A stretch of DNA of 54,756 nt from Pseudolabrys sp. (GTDB lineage: Bacteria > Pseudomonadota > Alphaproteobacteria > Rhizobiales > Xanthobacteraceae): positions 1 to 54,756 of the forward strand of contig JAYTFS010000296.1 in assembly GCA_043734185.1 (NCBI GenBank), read 5' to 3'. The translations under genes were made by a program, and so were the position numbers. Shown here piece by piece: positions 28,003-38,657 of the stretch. The notes under the pieces are model-generated. The model was not told the DNA's origin. It did no database searches and worked only from the letters and a program-made list of their open reading frames with translations. The stretch's first letter is position 1; the number at the start of each line of letters is the position of its first letter.

Positions 28003-29327
28003 ATCGTTGCATGACCTTGCTGGCGTTCGGCGTGCTGTCGCTGGTTGCAGGTGCACCGGCAGCCACGGCAATGAATATCGAGAAGATCACCAGCCCGTCC
28101 GGCATCCCGGCTTGGCTGGTGCAAGAACAGACCGTCCCGCTGGTGACGCTCAGCTACGTTTTCAAGGGCAGCTCCAATCAGGACGAAGCGGAGAAGTCGG
28201 GCACCGCCAATTTCACCGCCGATATGCTCGACGAGGGCGCAGGCGATCTCGACAGCAAGACGTTTCACGAGCGGCTGGAAAACCACGCGATCGAACTCGG
28301 CTTTCGCGCCGGACGCGACAATTTCCATGGCTCGTTGCGCGCGCTGACGGAACATCGCGAGGAAGCTTTCGATCTTTTGCGGCTGGCTTTGACCGCGCCA
28401 CGCTTTGAAGCCGATGCGGTGGAACGGGTGCGCGGCCAGGAAATGTCGTCGTTGCGGCGCGAAACTACCAATCCAAATTCAATCTCCAGCAAGCAGTGGT
28501 GGGCGATCGCTTTCCCCGGCCATCCTTACGGACGCGAAAGCAAGGGAACGCTGGAAACGGTGCCGCGCATCACCGCCGATGACATGCGGGAATACGTGCG
28601 CCGCGTTTTTGCCCGCGACGAATTGATTATCTCGATTGTCGGCGACGTCGATGCCAAGACCGCGGGCGAGTTGATCGACCGCGCCTTTGCAACGCTGCCC
28701 GCGAAAAGCGATCTCAAGGCGGTGCCCAGCATCAGTCCTGCCGGACTTGGCCGTCGCGTTGTCATCACTCTCGACGTGCCACAGGCGGTGGTTACCTTCG
28801 GTGGACAGGGAATTGCCCGCAGCGATCCCGATTTCATGGCGGCCTATATCGTCAATCACATTTTGGCCGGCGGCAGCTTCACTTCGCGCCTGTACCGGGA
28901 AGTGCGGGAGAAACGCGGCCTGGCCTACGGCGTGTCCGCAAGTCTGTTGTGGCTCCAGGGCACCGCGGTCGCGTCGGGCGGAACCGCGGTCCGCGCCGAC
29001 AAGACCGGCGAGGCGCTCTCCATCATCGAGGCTGAGACCAAGCGCATGGCCGCGGAAGGACCGACCGCCGAAGAGCTGGCCGCGGCGAAATCCTTCCTCA
29101 CGGGCTCCTATGGGCTGGGGCTCGATACGTCGTCCAAAATTGCGTCACAGCTCACGCAGATTCAACTCGACAAGCTCGGCATCGACTATATCCAGCGTCG
29201 CGGCGCCCTGATCGATGCGGTCACGCTGACCGACGCGAAGCGGGTGGCCAAGCGGCTGTTCGGCGGCGGCACGCTGGTCACCGTGGCAGGCCGGCCCCAG
29301 GGCGTAACGTCCAGCGGCAACGAGTAA
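27999..29327 (+). CDS. M16-family peptidase, non-catalytic partner subunit
   Basis: Lacks HxxEH; SRLYREVREKRGLAYG R/Y pair; ATGA overlap with the upstream gene. Confidence 0.93.
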   Translation: MNRCMTLLAFGVLSLVAGAPAATAMNIEKITSPSGIPAWLVQEQTVPLVTLSYVFKGSSNQDEAEKSGTANFTADMLDEGAGDLDSKTFHERLENHAIELGFRAGRDNFHGSLRALTEHREEAFDLLRLALTAPRFEADAVERVRGQEMSSLRRETTNPNSISSKQWWAIAFPGHPYGRESKGTLETVPRITADDMREYVRRVFARDELIISIVGDVDAKTAGELIDRAFATLPAKSDLKAVPSISPAGLGRRVVITLDVPQAVVTFGGQGIARSDPDFMAAYIVNHILAGGSFTSRLYREVREKRGLAYGVSASLLWLQGTAVASGGTAVRADKTGEALSIIEAETKRMAAEGPTAEELAAAKSFLTGSYGLGLDTSSKIASQLTQIQLDKLGIDYIQRRGALIDAVTLTDAKRVAKRLFGGGTLVTVAGRPQGVTSSGNE

Positions 29328-29387
29328 TTACCGCATCCTTAGTTTCGGCCGTTGCGTCGTCCCCGCGACTCTAGGCAAAGTGCGGCC

Positions 29388-30701
29388 ATGACCATCGTCC
29401 AATCCGTCGACAATGCGCGCGAAAAGCAGGTCGGGCCGCATGGCGTTTCCGACGCGGCGCTGGACGCGGCGGTGAAGCTCGCGGAAGGCGCGCTTGAAAC
29501 GTTGCGTGCGCGCCATGCCGACGGCAGCCTGCCGCTGCTGCGGCTACCGGAGCAGACCGCCGATCTGGCAAGCATCCGCGAGGCGGCCGCCAGGCTCTCC
29601 GCCGGCGCCAGCGACATCGTCATTCTCGGCACAGGGGGTTCCAGCCTTGGCGGGCAGACGCTGGCACAGTTGGCGTTTTACGCGGTGCCGGGTGTCGGCG
29701 CGTTGCGTCCCGCGCCGCGTTTGCATTTCACCGATAATCTTGATGCGCTGTCGTTTGAGACCATGCTGGCGAAGTTGCCGCTGGCCACGTCGCGCTTTGT
29801 TGCGATCTCGAAATCCGGCGGCACTGCTGAAACCTTGATGCAGACCATCGCGTGCCTGTCGGCGCTCACCGCGGCGGGGCTCGATGCGCGCAACGCTTTC
29901 CTCGGTGTCAGCGAGCCGGCCAAAGCCGGGAAGCGCAATGGCTTGCGCGACCTGCTCGTCAAACATTACGTGCCGATGCTCGACCATGATCCCAATGTCG
30001 GCGGCCGTTTTTCGGCGCTCACCAATGTCGGCCTGCTGCCGGCGGCGGCTCTTGGCCTCGACATCGCCGCGATCCGCAAAGGCGCAGGTGCCGCACTTGC
30101 GCCGGTGCTGGCGAAGAAACCTGCGGCGCAAGTGCCGGCTGCCCTCGGCGCGGCCTTGGCCGTGTCGCTCGCCGAGGGCAAAGGCAAATCCATCAGCGTG
30201 ATGATGGCCTATGCTGACCGCCTCGAGCGGTTCACGCGCTGGTATGTGCAGCTCTGGGCCGAAAGCCTCGGCAAAAACGGCAAGGGCACCACGCCGGTCG
30301 CGGCCATCGGACCAGTCGATCAGCACAGCCAGGTGCAGCTTTATCTCGGCGGGCTGCGCGACAAGCTGTTCACTGTGGTGAGTGTTGCCAGCGCGGGCTT
30401 GGGTCCGCGCATGGATGGCGAACTTGCCAAGCTCGCCGGCGAGCCGGATTTTTCCGGCAAGACCATCGGCGATCTGGTGGCGGCGGAAGCGCGCGCCACC
30501 GCCGAGACGCTCGCCAAGAACGGCTGTCCGGTGCGCACGATTCAATTGGCGAAGCTCGATGAAGCGAGCCTCGGCGAATTGCTGATGCATTTCATGCTGG
30601 AGACCATCATCGCCGCCCATCTGCTCGGCCTCGACGCATTCGATCAGCCGGCGGTGGAAGAAGGTAAATTGCTCGCGAAGAAGTATCTGACCGATGGCTA
30701 G
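29388..30701 (+). CDS. pgi: Glucose-6-phosphate isomerase
   Basis: GTGGSSLG, ISKSGGTAET, VGGRFS, QLWAESLGK, DQHSQVQ, FDQPAVEEGK motifs. Confidence 0.97.
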   Translation: MTIVQSVDNAREKQVGPHGVSDAALDAAVKLAEGALETLRARHADGSLPLLRLPEQTADLASIREAAARLSAGASDIVILGTGGSSLGGQTLAQLAFYAVPGVGALRPAPRLHFTDNLDALSFETMLAKLPLATSRFVAISKSGGTAETLMQTIACLSALTAAGLDARNAFLGVSEPAKAGKRNGLRDLLVKHYVPMLDHDPNVGGRFSALTNVGLLPAAALGLDIAAIRKGAGAALAPVLAKKPAAQVPAALGAALAVSLAEGKGKSISVMMAYADRLERFTRWYVQLWAESLGKNGKGTTPVAAIGPVDQHSQVQLYLGGLRDKLFTVVSVASAGLGPRMDGELAKLAGEPDFSGKTIGDLVAAEARATAETLAKNGCPVRTIQLAKLDEASLGELLMHFMLETIIAAHLLGLDAFDQPAVEEGKLLAKKYLTDG

Positions 30702-30705
30702 CGCC

Positions 30706-31128
30706 ATGCACCGCGTCACCGACAGCATTTCCATCGACGATGCCGAACTCATCGAGAATTTCGTCCGCTCGTCCGGGCCTGGCGGGCAGAACGTCAACAA
30801 GGTGTCGTCGGCTGTGCAATTGCGCTTCGACGTGCGCGCGTCGCCATCGCTGCCCAATGACGTCGCGGTGCGGCTGATGCGGCTTGCCGGCAAACGGCTG
30901 ACGAAGGACGGCGTCATCGTCATTATCGCGCAAAGCCATCGCGCCCAGGAGCGTAACCGCGCCGACGCGCGCGAACGGCTGTTCGATCTGATACGCGAGG
31001 CCGCAGTGCGGCCGGTTCCACGCCGCGCCACGAAAGTGCCCAAAGCCCAGAAACGGAAGCGCGTTGAGGGCAAAAGGCATCGCTCGGCCATTAAAAACCT
31101 GCGGGGCGGCAGGCCCAGTCTGGATTAG
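30706..31128 (+). CDS. arfB: Alternative ribosome rescue peptidyl-tRNA hydrolase ArfB
   Basis: SSGPGGQNVNKV GGQ motif; basic C-terminal tail; alternative start at 30694. Confidence 0.96.
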   Translation: MHRVTDSISIDDAELIENFVRSSGPGGQNVNKVSSAVQLRFDVRASPSLPNDVAVRLMRLAGKRLTKDGVIVIIAQSHRAQERNRADARERLFDLIREAAVRPVPRRATKVPKAQKRKRVEGKRHRSAIKNLRGGRPSLD

Positions 31129-31228
31129 GCCTAGGGATAATGGGGGTAGAACACGCCATTGCCCTCGCGGGCGGCGTTTTGCGCCTTTAATGTCGGCCTG
31201 AACCCCGAATCGGGCATTTGAGAACGTC

Positions 31229-33034
31229 ATGACCGTACGTCAGTTGTCCGAGGCGACCGTCAACCGCATCGCCGCCGGCGAGGTGGTCGAGCGGCCTGCC
31301 AGCGTGGTCAAGGAACTGGTCGAGAATGCGCTCGACGCAGGCGCTACCCGCATCGATGTGCTCACCGATGGCGGTGGCCGCCGGCTGATCCGCGTCACCG
31401 ATGACGGCGAGGGCATGCCGCGCGATGACCTCACCCTCGCGGTCGACCGCCATGCCACGTCGAAGTTGAGGGGCGACGATCTCTTGTCGATCCACACGCT
31501 CGGCTTTCGCGGCGAGGCGCTGCCTTCGATCGGTGCGGTGGCGCGGCTCATCGTTACGACGCGGCACGCGAGCGAGCCGCATGCCTGGACGCTCGAGGTC
31601 GATGCCGGCAAGAAATCGGAAGCAAAGCCCGCGGCGCTCGGGCAAGGCACAACGGTCGAAGTGCGCGACCTGTTTTATGCCACGCCGGCGCGGCTGAAAT
31701 TCTTGAAGACCGACCGCAGCGAGGCCGAAGCCGTGCGCGAAGTCGTGCGCCGCCTGGCCATGAGCCGGCCCGATGTCGCCTTCACGCTGGCCGGCGAGGA
31801 GCGCGCGCCGGTCACCTGGGCGGCCGCGGCTGACAATCTCGGCCGGCTCGGCGACGTGCTGGGCGCCGACTTCCGCGCCAATGCGATCGAGATTCAATCC
31901 GAACGCGAAGGCGTGCGTCTGCAAGGCTTTGCCGGGCTGCCAACACTGTCGCGCGCCAACGCGCTCGGGCAGTATTTGTTCGTCAACGGCCGCCCGGTGC
32001 GCGACAAGCTTTTGGTCGGCGCGGTGCGCGCGGCCTATGCCGATTATCTGCCGCGCGACCGGCATCCGTTGCTAGCGCTATTCGTCACGCTCGAGACGCG
32101 CGAAGTCGACGTTAACGTGCATCCCGCCAAAACCGAAGTGCGCTTCCGCGACGGTGCGCTGGTGCGCGGCCTGATCGTGCGCGCCTTGAAGGAAGCGCTG
32201 GCGCGCGAGGGCCAGCGCGCGGCAACCACCGGCGGCAGCGCGACCATTGCCGCCTTTCGGCCGCTGGGCGCGTCGCGCCGCGGATCCTATGACTGGCGGC
32301 GCTCGGCGTCGCGCCCTGATGCACGAGCCTTCGTGCCGTCACGTGGCGGCGCTGCGCTCGGTTTTGCCGAAGCCGCGCAAGCCGCTTTCGAGGTTGGCGA
32401 GCCTTCAGCGGATGCCCGTGTCGAAAGCTTCGAGCCGGCGGCGGAGCTGATCGAGCGTCCGCTCGGCGCTGCGCGTGCGCAGGTGCACGAAACCTATATC
32501 GTGTCGCAGACCAAAGACGGGCTGATCATCATCGACCAGCACGCCGCGCATGAGCGCATCGTCTACGAGCGCATGAAAGCGGCGATCGATAAAGCCGGCG
32601 TGTCGCGGCAAATTCTGCTGATCCCTGAAATCGTCGAACTTGATGAGACGGATGCTGCGCGGCTCGGCGCACGCGCCGAGGAACTTACGCGTTTCGGGCT
32701 TTCGATCGAACCGTTCGGCCCGGGCGCGGTAGCGGTGCGGGAAACGCCGTCGATGCTGGGCGATGTCGATGTGAAAGGGCTGCTGCGCGATCTCGCTGAG
32801 CACATGGCGGAATGGGACGACTCGCTCCCTCTGGAGCGCCGCTTGTTGCACGTCTCCGCCACCATGGCCTGTTACGGCTCGGTGCGGGCGGGGCGCAGGC
32901 TCAAGCCGGAGGAAATGAACGCGCTGCTGCGCGAAATGGAAGCCGTGCCCAATTCCGGCCAGTGCAACCATGGGCGGCCGACGTATGTGGAATTGAAGCT
33001 GACGGATATCGAGAAGCTGTTTGGGCGGCGCTAA
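31229..33034 (+). CDS. mutL: DNA mismatch repair endonuclease MutL
   Basis: [49 protein letters not shown] motifs. Confidence 0.98.
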   Translation: MTVRQLSEATVNRIAAGEVVERPASVVKELVENALDAGATRIDVLTDGGGRRLIRVTDDGEGMPRDDLTLAVDRHATSKLRGDDLLSIHTLGFRGEALPSIGAVARLIVTTRHASEPHAWTLEVDAGKKSEAKPAALGQGTTVEVRDLFYATPARLKFLKTDRSEAEAVREVVRRLAMSRPDVAFTLAGEERAPVTWAAAADNLGRLGDVLGADFRANAIEIQSEREGVRLQGFAGLPTLSRANALGQYLFVNGRPVRDKLLVGAVRAAYADYLPRDRHPLLALFVTLETREVDVNVHPAKTEVRFRDGALVRGLIVRALKEALAREGQRAATTGGSATIAAFRPLGASRRGSYDWRRSASRPDARAFVPSRGGAALGFAEAAQAAFEVGEPSADARVESFEPAAELIERPLGAARAQVHETYIVSQTKDGLIIIDQHAAHERIVYERMKAAIDKAGVSRQILLIPEIVELDETDAARLGARAEELTRFGLSIEPFGPGAVAVRETPSMLGDVDVKGLLRDLAEHMAEWDDSLPLERRLLHVSATMACYGSVRAGRRLKPEEMNALLREMEAVPNSGQCNHGRPTYVELKLTDIEKLFGRR

Positions 33035-33585
33035 GGCGCGCGCAGGAACACCAGTTCGATATCATCGTAGGACCGCCGCTCCAGTTCCTCAAAACCTTCC
33101 GGCGCCTTAAAGCCGGCAGCGACGGCTTCCTCCACAACGATCAAAGCGTCCGGCGTCAGCCAGCCGCCCGCCCGGGCGGCGGCGAGCGCCAATTCGGCCA
33201 GCCTCTTGCCATAAGGCGGATCGAGGAAGGCGAGCGAGAACGGCTCCAGCGGATGCGCGGGGCCGAGTTTTGTCGCGTCGCGCCGAAAAATCCGCGTGGT
33301 GCCGCCCAGCCCCAGCGCCTCGGTGTTGTTGCGCAGCAGAGAACGCGCTTCGACGCCGTCATCGACGAACAAGACAAAAGCCGCGCCGCGCGACGCCGCC
33401 TCGATTCCGAGCGCGCCGGTGCCGGCAAACAGATCGAACACGCGCGCGCCGGTCACCGGGTCGCCATAGGCGTGCATCAGGATATTGAACATGGCCTCGC
33501 GCAGGCGGTCCGCGGTCGGGCGTAGTCCGTCCGATTTCGGCCCAGCGATCGGGCGCGAGCGCAACCGGCCGCCGACAACGCGCAT
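33031..33585 (-). CDS. rsmD: 16S rRNA m2G966 methyltransferase
   Basis: [33 protein letters not shown] motifs. Confidence 0.96.
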   Translation of the reverse strand: MRVVGGRLRSRPIAGPKSDGLRPTADRLREAMFNILMHAYGDPVTGARVFDLFAGTGALGIEAASRGAAFVLFVDDGVEARSLLRNNTEALGLGGTTRIFRRDATKLGPAHPLEPFSLAFLDPPYGKRLAELALAAARAGGWLTPDALIVVEEAVAAGFKAPEGFEELERRSYDDIELVFLRAP

Positions 33586-34562
33586 TATTCGGCCTGCGGA
33601 TATTTTGGCCGCGGCCCGCCCGAGCGGTCACGACGCTTTTGATTTCGTTTTTTGAAATTGCGCGTGCCGCTCGATTCTTTTTTGTCGTCGCGGTCGTGCC
33701 GCTTCGTCGTTTCGTCCTTGCGTAGCTCGCGTGCAATCGAGGTTCGTGCCTCGACACGTCGAGGCGGGATCTTCGGGGAAACTTCAGCCAGCGGCGCGTC
33801 GAAATCCGCGTTCGCCTCGGCCACGATCTTTTCGCCAAGCTCAGTGCGCAGCGCCTTCGACTCGACTTCCTTTACGCCCCATTCTTCCAACTCGCCCAGA
33901 TTGAACGGCCCGAAAGAAACGCGAATAAGGCGGTTCACCCGCAATCCCAGCGTCTCGAGAACCTTGCGCACTTCGCGGTTCTTGCCCTCGCGAATGGAAA
34001 AAGTGATCCAAACATTGGCGCCTTGCAGACGATCGAGCGTCGCTTCAATGGGCCCGTAGCGCACGCCCTCGACGGTGATGCCGGCGCGCAGGCGATCGAG
34101 CGCTTCTTGTGTGACGCTGCCATTGGCGCGCACGCGATAACGGCGCAGCCAGGCTGTGGCGGGAAGTTCAAGCACGCGCGCCAGCCCGCCGTCATTGGTG
34201 AGCAGCAGCAGGCCTTCGGTGTTGATGTCGAGCCGCCCGATGCTGATCAATCGTGGCAGGGTCTTGGGCAGCGCGGTGAAAATGGTTGGCCGCCCTTCAG
34301 GGTCGGAATGGGTGGTCACCAAACCGCGTGGCTTATTATAGAGAAACAGCCGCGTGCGCTCGCGCCGCGGCATGGGCGTGCCGTTCACCACGATGCGGTC
34401 TGCGGCCGTGACGTTGAGCGCTGGCGAGGAAATGACCGCGCCATTGACGGCAACACGGCCCTCTGCGATCCAAGCTTCTGCTTGGCGGCGCGAGGCCAGC
34501 CCTGCCCGCGCCATGACTTTGGCGATGCGCTCGCCGGGGATTTCGGATGTTTTGGCGGCCAT
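33585..34562 (-). CDS. rluB: Pseudouridine synthase (RluB/RsuA family, S4 domain)
   Basis: [46 protein letters not shown] motifs. Confidence 0.93.
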   Translation of the reverse strand: MAAKTSEIPGERIAKVMARAGLASRRQAEAWIAEGRVAVNGAVISSPALNVTAADRIVVNGTPMPRRERTRLFLYNKPRGLVTTHSDPEGRPTIFTALPKTLPRLISIGRLDINTEGLLLLTNDGGLARVLELPATAWLRRYRVRANGSVTQEALDRLRAGITVEGVRYGPIEATLDRLQGANVWITFSIREGKNREVRKVLETLGLRVNRLIRVSFGPFNLGELEEWGVKEVESKALRTELGEKIVAEANADFDAPLAEVSPKIPPRRVEARTSIARELRKDETTKRHDRDDKKESSGTRNFKKRNQKRRDRSGGPRPKYPQAE

Positions 34563-34572
34563 GGCGGCATTT

Positions 34573-35019
34573 ATGACTTTACCGACCTTTCTGTCCATCG
34601 CTTTGGAAGAGGCCCGCGCCACGGCCTTGCGCGGCGAGGTGCCGGTTGGCTGCGTGGTGGTGCGCGATGGCGAAGTTATCGCGCGCGCGGGCAACCGAAC
34701 GCTGGCCGACAAGGACCCAACCGCGCATGCGGAACTCATCGCCATCCGCGCGGCGGCGGCAAAGCTCGGTTCGGAGCGGCTCACCGATTGCGATCTCTAT
34801 GTGACGCTGGAGCCCTGCGCGATGTGCGCGGCGGCGATGTCCTTTGCGCGCATCCGGCGGCTTTATTTCGGCGCCGCCGATCCCAAAGGCGGCGCGGTAG
34901 AAAACGGCGTGCGCTTCTTCTCGGCTGCGACCTGCCATCACCGGCCGGAGGTCTATGGCGCCATCAATGAAAGCGAATGCGCGGCGCTGCTGAAGGATTT
35001 TTTCCAAGCGCGACGTTAA
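34573..35019 (+). CDS. tadA: tRNA adenosine deaminase
   Basis: [32 protein letters not shown] motifs. Confidence 0.93.
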   Translation: MTLPTFLSIALEEARATALRGEVPVGCVVVRDGEVIARAGNRTLADKDPTAHAELIAIRAAAAKLGSERLTDCDLYVTLEPCAMCAAAMSFARIRRLYFGAADPKGGAVENGVRFFSAATCHHRPEVYGAINESECAALLKDFFQARR

Positions 35020-35037
35020 GTGCGGCGGTAGGCCTGC

Positions 35038-36114
35038 TTAGGCCCGTTTGGCAAATTCCCAGGCCTTGTCGGCAAGCGGACGGATCATTTCGGCCTTGGC
35101 CGGCGCGAATTCGGATGTGGCGGTGCCGTCGCGCACGCGGCCGATTATGCCCTGCAGAATCGCGGCGATGCGGAAAAAATTATAAGCGAGATAGGCCGGC
35201 AAATGCGGGCGCGGATCGAGCCCGGTGCGCGCGATGTAAGCCGCAACATAGTCATCCATCGACGGAATGCCGAGCGCTTCGATGTCGTGGCCGGCAAGCG
35301 TCGCGGTGCCGGCGGCGCTTTCCGTCAACGGCATGTGCCAGGCCATTAGATGGTAGGAAAAATCGGCGAGTGGATCGCCGAGCGTGGACAATTCCCAATC
35401 GAGCACCGCGATAATTTTGGCCGAGTCCTTGGCGACGATGAGATTGTCGAGCCGGTAATCGCCATGCACCAGCCGTGGTGGGCCGTTCGGTGGAACATGC
35501 GACGGCAACCATTCGATCAGCCGTTCCATGGCGTCGATATTTTCGGTCTGTGAGGCGCGGTACTGCTTCGACCAGCGGTCGACTTGGCGCGCGACGTAAT
35601 TTTCGCCGCGTCCGAAATTGCCCAAGCCAATTTTAGCAGGATCGAATTTATGCAGCCGCGCGATGGTTTCGTTCATCGCGTCATAGACCGCGGCGCGCTC
35701 CGGCGGGTTCGAGCCGGGCATCTGCGGTTCCCAGAACACCCGTCCATCGGCAAAGCTCATCACATAAAATGCGGTGCCGGCGATGCTCTCGTCTTGGCAA
35801 AGGCAAAGCGGTTCGGCCACCGGAAAACCTTGCGCGTGCAACACGCGGATCACGCGGTATTCACGATCGACCGCATGCGCCGACGGCAAAAGTTTGCCCG
35901 GCGGCTTGCGGCGCAGCACATAACGGCGCGATGGCGTCTCCAACAGATAGGTTGGGTTCGACTGACCGCCTTTGAACTGCTGGATCGTTAGCGGGCCGGC
36001 GAAACCTTTCACCTGCTGCGTCAGGTAGGCTTCCAGGCGCGCGTTGTCGAGACGGAGCGCGGCGGTTGCCTCCTTGGTGCCGGAAAATGCCTGCTGACGA
36101 TCGAGGGTCGTCAC
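35038..36114 (-). CDS. Phosphotransferase family protein (APH-like, ACAD10/11 N-domain type)
   Basis: GGQSNPTY, LRRKPPG, HAVDREY, HGDYRLDN, LDWELSTLGDP motifs. Confidence 0.93.
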   Translation of the reverse strand: MTTLDRQQAFSGTKEATAALRLDNARLEAYLTQQVKGFAGPLTIQQFKGGQSNPTYLLETPSRRYVLRRKPPGKLLPSAHAVDREYRVIRVLHAQGFPVAEPLCLCQDESIAGTAFYVMSFADGRVFWEPQMPGSNPPERAAVYDAMNETIARLHKFDPAKIGLGNFGRGENYVARQVDRWSKQYRASQTENIDAMERLIEWLPSHVPPNGPPRLVHGDYRLDNLIVAKDSAKIIAVLDWELSTLGDPLADFSYHLMAWHMPLTESAAGTATLAGHDIEALGIPSMDDYVAAYIARTGLDPRPHLPAYLAYNFFRIAAILQGIIGRVRDGTATSEFAPAKAEMIRPLADKAWEFAKRA

Positions 36115-36773
36115 TTCTTCATCTCAAACGTCACCGGCGCGTCGGCGTAAATCCGGTAGGTCTGCGTCTTCGGCTTGGCCTTGTCCTCTTCGTTCACATA
36201 CTGGATCGAGCTTTTGCCGACGAGCCCGCGCGGCAGGATCATCACGCGGATAAAGCGACTGGGCTTGTCGCTTGAGGTCTGCGCGAACACCGGATCGGGA
36301 CCGGATTCATACCAGGCGCCGCCGGGCCCATACGACGTCGAGCGGCCATGGGTGTCGATGCGGATGCCGCCTTCCACCAGGCAGCGGATGCCGGGGCCCT
36401 GGTGGCTGTGCAAATAGGCGCAGCCGCCGGGCGGGAAGGCGACGCTGTCGCCACGCATCAACCAGTCGCCCTTTGGCGCGGTTTCCAGATAGGCGCTGAT
36501 TTTTTCGCGCGTGACCATGCCCGGCGCACAGGCAATGGTGCTGCCCCGGTCGCCGCGCGCCAGCTCCCAGCGCCAGCAGGTGACGCCGGCGGCGCCCGGT
36601 TTCACTGTGGCGGCGGTCTCGCCCTGCCAGGCGTCACCTTCGTTGACCAATTTGCCGTCGATGGCGGCTGAGCCATGCACCACGAAAATAAAGCGCGGCA
36701 GCGGCGCCAAGCGGAACACGACGTTCTCTGCGCTGGACAGAACGTCTTCGTAAAGCCGAAGCACGGGATGCAT
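36111..36773 (-). CDS. Cupin-domain protein
   Basis: AYLHSHQGPGIRCLVEG cupin motif, YGPGGAWYE; GTGA overlap with the APH gene. Confidence 0.8.
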   Translation of the reverse strand: MHPVLRLYEDVLSSAENVVFRLAPLPRFIFVVHGSAAIDGKLVNEGDAWQGETAATVKPGAAGVTCWRWELARGDRGSTIACAPGMVTREKISAYLETAPKGDWLMRGDSVAFPPGGCAYLHSHQGPGIRCLVEGGIRIDTHGRSTSYGPGGAWYESGPDPVFAQTSSDKPSRFIRVMILPRGLVGKSSIQYVNEEDKAKPKTQTYRIYADAPVTFEMKK

Positions 36774-36837
36774 GCGGTCTCCTACCTTGCGAACGCATCG
36801 CATTATGCCCGCTCGCGTGGCGCTATAACAACCGCAT

Positions 36838-36868
36838 AAAAACAAGGCCCGGCGTAAGCCGGGCCTTG
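36838..36868 (-). terminator. Intrinsic terminator
   Basis: Minus strand CAAGGCCCGGC-TTAC-GCCGGGCCTTG followed by TTTTT, downstream of the 36895-37149 gene. Confidence 0.85.
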
Positions 36869-36894
36869 CAGCGGGATAAAATCGCTCTCTCTGA

Positions 36895-37149
36895 TTAGTC
36901 GATCAAGTCGTCGGGATCGCGCATCAGCTGGAAGCGGATGTTCGGATCCGGATCCCAACCGGCATATTGGCCGTTGGAAAACACCGCCGGTCCATTCACG
37001 GTCAGGCCGCTTTGAGAGGCAGCGTTGCCGTCATAGGCCTCGGGGTAGGCCGGCACTGCAGACACGCGTGCATGGCGGGTGGCCGCAAAAGCCGGCGTGG
37101 CGACCAGCGCCGCCAGCGCCAAAGATGTTCCGATGATAAATTTTTTCAT
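36895..37149 (-). CDS. Small secreted hypothetical protein
   Basis: Signal MKKFIIG...PAFA; C-terminal GQYAGWDPDPNIRFQLMRD; AGGAG RBS; own terminator. Confidence 0.85.
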   Translation of the reverse strand: MKKFIIGTSLALAALVATPAFAATRHARVSAVPAYPEAYDGNAASQSGLTVNGPAVFSNGQYAGWDPDPNIRFQLMRDPDDLID

Positions 37150-37323
37150 GCCTAGCATCTCCTGAATCATCGCCCTCACAGGAGAAGATAATCGTCATGC
37201 AAGGATTCGGTATTGGTGGCGATGCATGGAACGCATGCCGAATTTCGCTTGGTCGTTAGTCTAAGCCGAAGGGAATAGACGTGCTTTCGCCACACTTGCT
37301 GGAATTTAAAAACTGCATATTTT

Positions 37324-38607
37324 TTACGCAGTTTTTATTTCGCGCGCGATGGCCTGCCAGCCGATATCGCGGCGGCAGAAACCGCCCGGCCAATTTATTT
37401 TGTCGACTGCGGCATAAGCGCGTGTCTGGGCTTCGCGCACCGTCTCGCCGCGCGCACAGATATTCAGAACGCGCCCGCCGTTGGCGAGAATGCGCGCGCC
37501 ATCGGCGACCGTACCGGCGTGGAAAATTTCCACGCTTTCAACTCGCGCTGCCGCATCAAGGCCTTCAATCGGCGTCCCCTTTTTGTAAGGGCCGGGATAG
37601 CCGTTGGCCGCCATCACCACGGTGAGGGCAGCGTCGGGATACCAGCTCAGATCGAAATTCTTCAGTTGACCGTCGCGCGCGGCCATCAACGCCGGCACCA
37701 GATCCGACATCAGGCGGAGCATTAGCACCTGCGTTTCCGGATCGCCGAAGCGTACATTGTATTCGATCAGTTGCGGGCCGGCTTTGGTGATCATCACTCC
37801 GGCAAACAGCACGCCTTTATAGGGCGCGCCCATCGCCTTCATGGCGCGCACGGTCGGGTGGATGATCTCGTCCATCACGCGCTGATTCATTTCTGGCGTC
37901 ATGATCGGCGCCGGGGAATAGGCGCCCATGCCGCCGGTATTCGGCCCCTTGTCGCCATCGCCGACGCGCTTGTGGTCCTGCGCCGACGCCAGCGCGATCG
38001 CGGTCTCGCCGTCGCAGAGCGCAAAGAAGGAGGCTTCCTCGCCGACCATGCAATCCTCGATCACGATTTCCCAGGCGGGCTGGCCGAGCCCGCCATCAAA
38101 CATCACGTCGATAGCGGCCTCGGCCTCGGCAACGGTTTCGGCCACCACCACGCCCTTGCCGGCGGCGAGCCCATCGGCCTTCACGACGATCGGCGCGCCT
38201 TGCTTGCGTACATAGTCTTTCGCCGCTGCCGCGCCCTTGAAGCGCTCGTAAGCTGCGGTCGGAATCTTGTTCGCTTTGCACAAATCCTTGGTGAAGCCCT
38301 TGGAGCCTTCCAGCCGCGCCGCCCATTTGCTCGGCCCGAAGGCCTTGATGCCGGCTTTCTCCAGATCGTCAACAATTCCGGCGCAAAGCGGCACTTCAGG
38401 CCCGACGACCACCAGATCGATCTTGCTCGATTTGCAGAACCCGATCACCGTGGCATGATCGGCGACATCGAGCGCCACGCATTCGGCCTCTTGCGCGATG
38501 CCGGCATTGCCGGGGGCGCAATAGAGTTTGTCGGCGAGCGGGCTGCCCGCCATCTTCCAGGCCAGCGCGTGCTCGCGTCCACCCGATCCGAGAATGAGGA
38601 TATTCAT
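37324..38607 (-). CDS. purD: Phosphoribosylamine-glycine ligase
   Basis: [56 protein letters not shown] motifs. Confidence 0.98.
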   Translation of the reverse strand: MNILILGSGGREHALAWKMAGSPLADKLYCAPGNAGIAQEAECVALDVADHATVIGFCKSSKIDLVVVGPEVPLCAGIVDDLEKAGIKAFGPSKWAARLEGSKGFTKDLCKANKIPTAAYERFKGAAAAKDYVRKQGAPIVVKADGLAAGKGVVVAETVAEAEAAIDVMFDGGLGQPAWEIVIEDCMVGEEASFFALCDGETAIALASAQDHKRVGDGDKGPNTGGMGAYSPAPIMTPEMNQRVMDEIIHPTVRAMKAMGAPYKGVLFAGVMITKAGPQLIEYNVRFGDPETQVLMLRLMSDLVPALMAARDGQLKNFDLSWYPDAALTVVMAANGYPGPYKKGTPIEGLDAAARVESVEIFHAGTVADGARILANGGRVLNICARGETVREAQTRAYAAVDKINWPGGFCRRDIGWQAIAREIKTA

Positions 38608-38657
38608 GCGGCTTTTGTGTAGCATGCGGTCTCGCCCCCGCAAGAGATTCGGCCCTC

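Noticed and set aside
31129-31228. LexA box upstream of mutL
   Set aside because: GAAC tetramers are present but not in the alphaproteobacterial GAAC-N7-GAAC spacing
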